NCBI GenBank assembly: GCA_965153285.1
Contig: OZ229115.1
From: Podarcis tiliguerta
Taxonomy: Eukaryota
Length of the DNA: 64,000 bases
Reading direction: 5' to 3' (one strand)
In this document: piece by piece, positions 58,041 to 64,000 of the stretch
Layout of the letters: each line of letters opens with the position of its first letter
How positions within the stretch are numbered: position 1 is the stretch's first letter
Program-made: the position numbers and the translations under genes
The notes under the pieces: generated by a model
Databases searched by the model: none
Told to the model about the DNA's origin: nothing
The model's input: the letters and a program-made list of their open reading frames with translations, nothing else

Positions 58041-60845
58041 TATGTTTAAAATAGAATACTTTTTTCAAGACAGTAATTCTAAACTTAGATTTTAAATGTG
58101 ATTTAAAAATGTTTTTGTTCATGCTGCTTGATTTTAGTTCTCCCTTCCTAGGGCTTTAACAATATACACAGGCCCGGCTATCCGCTAGCCGAAGATTCAC
58201 TTAGTCACACATAAAGAATTATGCCCAAACCTGCTGTACACTTTCCAGATTCACTTGTCCAAACAAACAACATCCTTGTTTGTGCTTTGCTGGTTGGTGG
58301 CAGCCATTTCAGGGTAGAAACCACAGAAAGAGGGCTGGGAGGTGGGGCAAGATAGGACAAATCAGAGAGCAAGAGAGAGTGGACAAATCGGGGAGCAGGT
58401 GAGATCAGATAAATCCGTTTCCCCTCTTTCTCTTTCTCTTGCTGATTGGCTGCAGCCATTTCAGGAAGAAACCATGGAGAGAAATGGGGAAAGGTTGGAA
58501 AATCCTGCATTAGAAATATTTTCATAGGAAATAGTGTAAATTGTAGATCTGGTATGTGAATGCTCGCCTAATGAACAATTTCCGGGGAGCACATTCTGTT
58601 CGTTAAGTGGGACCTGCGTAGCAAAGTAGGAAATAATACCACCATCCATTGCATAGGAATAGGATTATGCATTCCTAGAACCACAAATAAGAAGTAAATT
58701 TCATATTGTGTGGAATACAGTGGATGAGGATCTTAGGTCTCGCTCAAATTAAATACAAGTTCACTTTGCAGAGTAAGCACCTAACAGATTTCCCCACTCC
58801 TTTATAAAAACTATAAAAACTTGTTTCTGCCTTGTTCTGTGACCTTAGGAGCTATTCCTTCCTTTGAAAAGAATTACTTGCTTCGGAAGTGTAGCATACT
58901 TCATATGAATGTACAAAATGGTATCTTACCTTTAAACCCTTTCCTTTTTTCTAGTGTAATAATATGCCTAGGGGAATATGTTTTGAGGTCTGCATAGAGT
59001 TAGAGTTAAAGAGAAGCTTATTTATTCATCTTATCAAAGGCAGCAATTATTTAAAACTGAATGAACATAGTAGCAATTAAAGGAATTGCATAATGTAAAA
59101 GAAAGATGACAGAGCTTAACTTTCAGATTGTTGGTGGACAATTGCAACCATACTGGCCCCTCTTCCAATAACAAATTGCACATTTGCAGAGAAGGTTTTA
59201 GCCTAGCCACCCTGGTATTCTAGCTTTCTATTTGTAGGGAGTTTCTCCTTAATTGTGGGGGCGTATTGAGACATTGGCTCAGTTAACATGTAATGGTAAG
59301 TCTAATCATGGCTTGGCGCTAAGGTCCTTGAGAAGAGATAGTGTCTGCTTTGCTTGTCCTCACTGGTCCCGCTGTTGTGTTACTGTGAGCTAAGCCACAA
59401 TTTGGCTTAGTGTATCATCTGAACCTGGACATGTGGTTTGTCTCACTCCAGACAAATCACAAGCTGTAACCACCAGTGTATTTGCTGAAATGGTGCAACT
59501 GATGCAACATAGGAAGTTGCCGATAGTATTTATGTATTTATTTATTTATGCATTTTACACACATACATTGCGCTCAAAGTGGTAAATTCACAGAAGACAA
59601 TTCAAGTACAATAGCACAAATTATAATACACTAGATGATACCATTGATCATCTACTTTAGTTTGTGAGCAAGAAAGAGAAGATGTATGTTTTCTTTAATA
59701 GGAAGAATAAAGTATTCTTTGTTCTTCTAATGCAAGCTTTCATATATTGCTTCTGTTTGTGTGGATGGTTTTTAATTGTATGCATTCTCTACAGATTCTG
59801 TGATCAGACCTTGATCATACAGCATTTATATCAATATAAAATTTAATTGTACTTTATGTTCCCTTAATACCATATGCTAATAATTCAGTATGCACTGGCA
59901 ATTGGATTAGAGCTTTCGAAGTGAGTAGTTTCTCTTGTTAGCTTACCTAAAACTTAGGTCTGACTTGGATAAGTATTCTTACATTATTGCTGTGATCAGT
60001 TTCTGAGCTGGCTATGTGTGAGAGCAAGACAGGCAAAAATAGCTTAATTTATTTTAGTGCTTACTCTGCACTTTTACATTAGAGGAGCCATGAAACTGGC
60101 TTACAAATTTTATTGAAAGGGGACCTTTTAATTTTAAAAAATATATTAAAAGCATCTAATCACAATCAAACATCTGAAGCAAAATTTAGAACAGATATAA
60201 CCAAACTGTCTGCCTGGATAGACTTGCCAAAACAGAAAAGTTTTCAATAGGCATCAAAAGGAGTATAGTGATGGTTCTAGCTTAATGCCAGTAATGAGCT
60301 GCAAAGTATAGGTGCCAAAGGAAGACTCCTTACAAACGCAGAAAGGATATTGCATGGCACTTGCAGAAGTGCCTCTTCTGCAGATCATAGTGAATCTGCA
60401 CACATGAGGTATGACAATCCCTTAAGTAAACTGGTTCCAAACAGTTAAGAACTTTATATACCAATAAGAACAACTCAGGCTGGTAGTGAACTGTAAGTGC
60501 ATATCTTCAAGCACAGGTGTAATATGCCAACAGACTCCTGTCAGCAATCATGCCGCTGCATTTTACACTAACTGCAGTTTCCAGACAAAAACGGGAAATC
60601 CCATGTAGAGGACATTGCAGTCGACTAGTCTTGAAGTTACATCCTCTTAAAGCAATAGTCTTCCGTTGAAAAGGATGAATGTGGATGAAACAGGCTTTAT
60701 CCAGCCTATACCAACACAAAACATGGGATCAGCACTGACCTGCCAGAAATCTTGCCAGATCCAAGTTGAGCCATTAGCTTGAGGACCAATACAATAAGGC
60801 CACACCATAATTCCACAGTATTCTAACTCAGCATTTCCCGAAACT

Positions 60846-61427
60846 CTATAAAGCCCTATATGGCCTAGAACCCTCGTACCTACGGGACTGCCTCTCCTGG
60901 TACGCCCCACGAAGGACCTTACGGTCTGCAAAGAATGACACCTTGGAGATCCTGGGCCTCAGACAGATTAGGCTGGCCTCAACCAGGGCCAGGGCCTTTT
61001 CAGCCTTGGCCCTGGCCTGGTGGAACACTGTGTCACAAGAGATCAGGGCCCTGTGGGATCTGACATCTTTCCGCAGGGCCTGCAAGATGGAGTTGTTCCG
61101 CCAGGCCTTTGGTCAGGGCTCAGCCTGACTCCCCTTTTCTTTTTGTATAAGAACTAATAATGAAAGAGGCCTCCCAGCCATTCTCACAGGCCCATATAAA
61201 ATCATCATAAACAGTTGGGCCGATGAGCACTTACTGTTCCTAACCCTAACCCTGCAGAAAGCCATCTAATTAGATTTTAATTTGATTTTGACCTGTTTTT
61301 AGGAGCTAATTTAATTATTATTTGATTTTATACCAGTGTTATATATCTGATGTTAGCCACCCTGAGCCCGACTTCAGCCAGGGAGGGCGGGATATAAATA
61401 AAAGATTGTTGTTGTTGTTGTTGTTGT
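60846..61427 (+). mobile_element. L2 LINE 3' end (relatively young) with (GTT)n tail
   Basis: YKALYGLEPSYLRDCLSWY.P.RTLRS..TRARAFSALALAWWN..SFRRACKMELFRQAF, then 3'UTR gttagccaccctgagccc...gggcgggatataaat. Confidence 0.88.
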
Positions 61428-62072
61428 ATGTTGCATCCTGCATTCCTTTGGGCAGTTACACCTTCCCAGAAGTGGTATTGTATTGCTGGGATTAAAGAAA
61501 TTGTGGTGCAGATTTGACATCAGTGAGGCTGCCTATTCTTTTAGCACACTGCCCTTATTCTGCCTGGGCTGCATTATGTTTATCCCTATTGGCTGAAAAC
61601 TGGAATTCAGTTGATGCCCCCTGGTGAATTCATCTGTCCCAGGTGAGTTGAGAGAAATACTCCTCTCATGCCAGCCACGCAACAAATTCAGAGTAAATAC
61701 TTCAGAGGTCTGACAAGTATTGTGTAACCTTAGGCTTATTAAAAATCCTTATCCCTAGGTATATTGTCGTTCCTTATTATGGTACCTTTTCTGATCTGAA
61801 CCCTAATCAAGCTATTCTGTATATAATCAACACCATCTATAAACACTACTGATTTCTGTATCTGAGGCTCCAGGGTTGCTGTGTTTGTTCTGTCCCATGA
61901 TTCCCCTATGGAAGATTGTGAGCTGTGGGGGAGAGGAAGGGGATAATTCCAGGGAGACCTGTGGGACTGCCTGAAAAGCAAACAACACAGGATCAGGAAT
62001 TGTATCTTTGTGGTTGAGATGGTATATACAGGAGGGTTTTATTAAAGGACTTGACCAAACCATCAAAGAGGA

Positions 62073-62236
62073 AGGGATGTAGCTCATTGGTAGAGCATCT
62101 GCTTTGCATGCAGAAGGTCTCAGGTACAATCCTGATCACCTCCAGGTATGGCTAGGAATGTTAGTCCTGCTGTCAGTCAGTGTGGACAGTAAGGCGCTAA
62201 TTGTCCTGTTTTGGTATATGGCAGCTTCCTAATTTT
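62073..62236 (+). mobile_element. tRNA-Ala(TGC)-headed SINE
   Basis: GGGATGTAGCTCATTGGTAGAGCATCTGCTTTGCATGCAGAAGGTC...CCTCCA followed by a non-tRNA body ending ggcagcttccta. Confidence 0.7.
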
Positions 62237-63189
62237 CCAGAGGCTGAAAATTGTTCCTCTTATGAGACTCTGTAATGGTGATATTAAAGCAAATGCAAAG
62301 GATGATTGGAGATAAGCTGGTGGCATACTTCAATCCAGGCAGAAAGATTTACCAACAAGCTATTCCCAGGGCTTTCGTATAATGTGGACACAACTCAAAA
62401 CAGCAAACAGCATCACCACCCACCACTAGAAACCAATAGGCTAGTCAGTCCAGTCCCTGGGAAGAGCATTGTAAGATGTTCCAGGTGAAATGGTCAACAC
62501 AAGTAGAAGCTGTCTGGGGCCTTACCTCTATAACCTGACCCAAGGTGGGATGAACTTATGCCGGATGGACACATCCTGGTTTATACTTCTGCAGAAAGAA
62601 ATGTTGCAAAAGGATACTTGAATATTATCTGGACATGACATTCATGGGTAGCTTGTAATATTTAAAGCACCCTTTGCAAAACCTAATGCCCTCCATATGT
62701 TTTGGGCTACAACTCTCACCAGCCCCCTAGTTAGAATGCAAGATTGCTTAGTCCAGTCTGCCTTGGGCAGAACCATAGTAAATTGTAGAATAACCAGGCA
62801 ATCTCAAACAAGAGTTTGATCAGTGGCTGGAAAGAAGATGAGTTTTCTCTGCTTTACTGCTGTTATTGCCCTAACTTGGGGGTGATTTTCAAAGAAAAGT
62901 TCTGGTTGAGTGTCCCTTGCCTTCTCAGCAGTAGCACTTGTGGTGAATTTCCTTCCTTTTATGGTAGGCAGAAGCTAGATCTGTGTCTGCTGGTAGATTT
63001 CAGGACATTCTACAAGAATTTCTGACTCCCAGTTGCTTGACAAAAGCAGTAACAAAATTAACAAGTGCTGCCAACACATTATACTGCTGGAATGAAGAAA
63101 GGTTGGGAAAACTCTGTGGAAGGACTATGAGCTTTGTTCAATTCAGGTCCTCAAACTGGGTTCCTAGGCTCTGAATTCTTTAATTCTTA

Positions 63190-63213
63190 GTGTGTGTGTG
63201 TGTGTGTGTGTGT
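63190..63213. repeat. (GT)n microsatellite
   Basis: Seen directly. Confidence 0.95.
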
Positions 63214-63578
63214 TGCATCTGACTCTGGTTCAAGGATCTTGGGGTTCTAGTAAAAAAACAAGATCCCACAAGCCTGAAGTCTGCCAGTACCTGATGTAGG
63301 TGAGTTGCAGGCTACTTCTAGCAGTGCCATTGGGAAAGTAGCTAATGCTTCTTTAAGTGAGAGGAGAATGGGAACTTTGCAGCCCTTATAAACTTGGTTA
63401 ACTGCAAGGGATAGCAGATTTGCCTAGAACCTGCATAAACTGATAATAGTGTGATTTAAGAAAAGGACATTTTTGAAGAAACATGGCTGGCTTGGGACTA
63501 TATGGCAAATATAACAGATGTACTGAGTTTTGTGTTGCGTCCATTTATGTTTGTATGCTATTGAAATTTTGAATAAAA

Positions 63579-63656
63579 ATGCTTTTTTTAAAAAGGAACA
63601 TTCTGCCAAGGCATATGCTTTTTTTAAAAGGAACATTCTGCCAAGGCATATGCTTT
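63579..63656. repeat. Tandem duplication of a ~36-bp unit
   Basis: atgctttttttaaaa(a)ggaacattctgccaaggcat twice plus a partial third. Confidence 0.9.
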
Positions 63657-64000
63657 CAGATTAATTGTTGTATGGTGCTGATATGAGAGGGAAGATAGGT
63701 TTTGGTGAAGTCTTTCCCTTCCACCTTTCCAGTGTGGGAGTTCTGAAAGGAAGTGAAGATCTATGAGGCTCTGAAACCAGAACAAACTGGCAGGGTTGAA
63801 TCTGCCATTCCATGAAATATGAACAAATCTAGCAGGGCCTCAAACCTATTTAGCCCCTTTCATCTGTTGGATTACAGACCAGTCAGAGATATCTGCTTGC
63901 CAAACCCTGATATCTCTTCTGAGTGTGCATAGTCACGTGATTTGAGTGCCTGTCTTGTAGAAGGTGTCCTATCTGCCCAGAGGCTTCCTTTTCTTTTGGA

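Larger units (their letters stand above)
41700..64000 (+). other. Probable long CPNE1 intron (no coding exon recognised)
   Basis: Established vertebrate arrangement places RBM12 in a CPNE1 intron with CPNE1 coding exons further downstream; region is repeat-rich with no recognisable copine sequence. Confidence 0.55.

Noticed and set aside
61241-61253. Telomere-like TAACCCTAACCCT
   Set aside because: Only two units, inside an L2 3'UTR
62073-62145. Possible tRNA-Ala(TGC) gene
   Set aside because: Mutated A and B boxes (CATTGG, GGTACAATCC), no oligo-T terminator, and followed by a SINE body
63932-63941. E-box/CLEAR-like GTCACGTGAT
   Set aside because: Single motif with no promoter context visible in the window
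1-64000. CRISPR arrays, operons or prokaryotic defence systems
   Set aside because: The sequence is intron-containing vertebrate DNA; recurring palindromes are dispersed MITEs, not repeat-spacer arrays

Overview
Vertebrate genomic DNA, not prokaryotic. The repeat content (Squam3-type SINEs, tRNA-headed SINEs with CR1 tails, RTE-BovB, young CR1, L2, hAT and Tc1/mariner MITEs, a Penelope relic) points to a squamate reptile, probably a lacertid lizard (inference). The window holds the conserved amniote gene block: the last six coding exons and 3'UTR of RBM39 (+); ROMO1 (-, 79 aa); NFS1 (+, 13 exons, 441 aa) sharing a very compact bidirectional CpG-island promoter with ROMO1; then a second CpG island and a non-coding exon leading to single-coding-exon RBM12 (+), whose start codon lies in a 179-N assembly gap. 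The last ~22 kb is most likely the CPNE1 intron; I found no CPNE1 coding exon. All exon boundaries were traced by hand for frame and splice dinucleotides. I see no convincing wholly new protein-coding system. The best leads are at RNA level: a stem-loop in the RBM39 3'UTR, a GC-AG intron in NFS1 half-filled by a hairpin MITE, a strong out-of-frame AUG ending just upstream of the NFS1 internal Met, a deeply conserved non-coding RBM12/CPNE1 exon, a Penelope hammerhead relic and several datable nested transposon insertions. Comparisons with human sequences are from memory and need checking by alignment.
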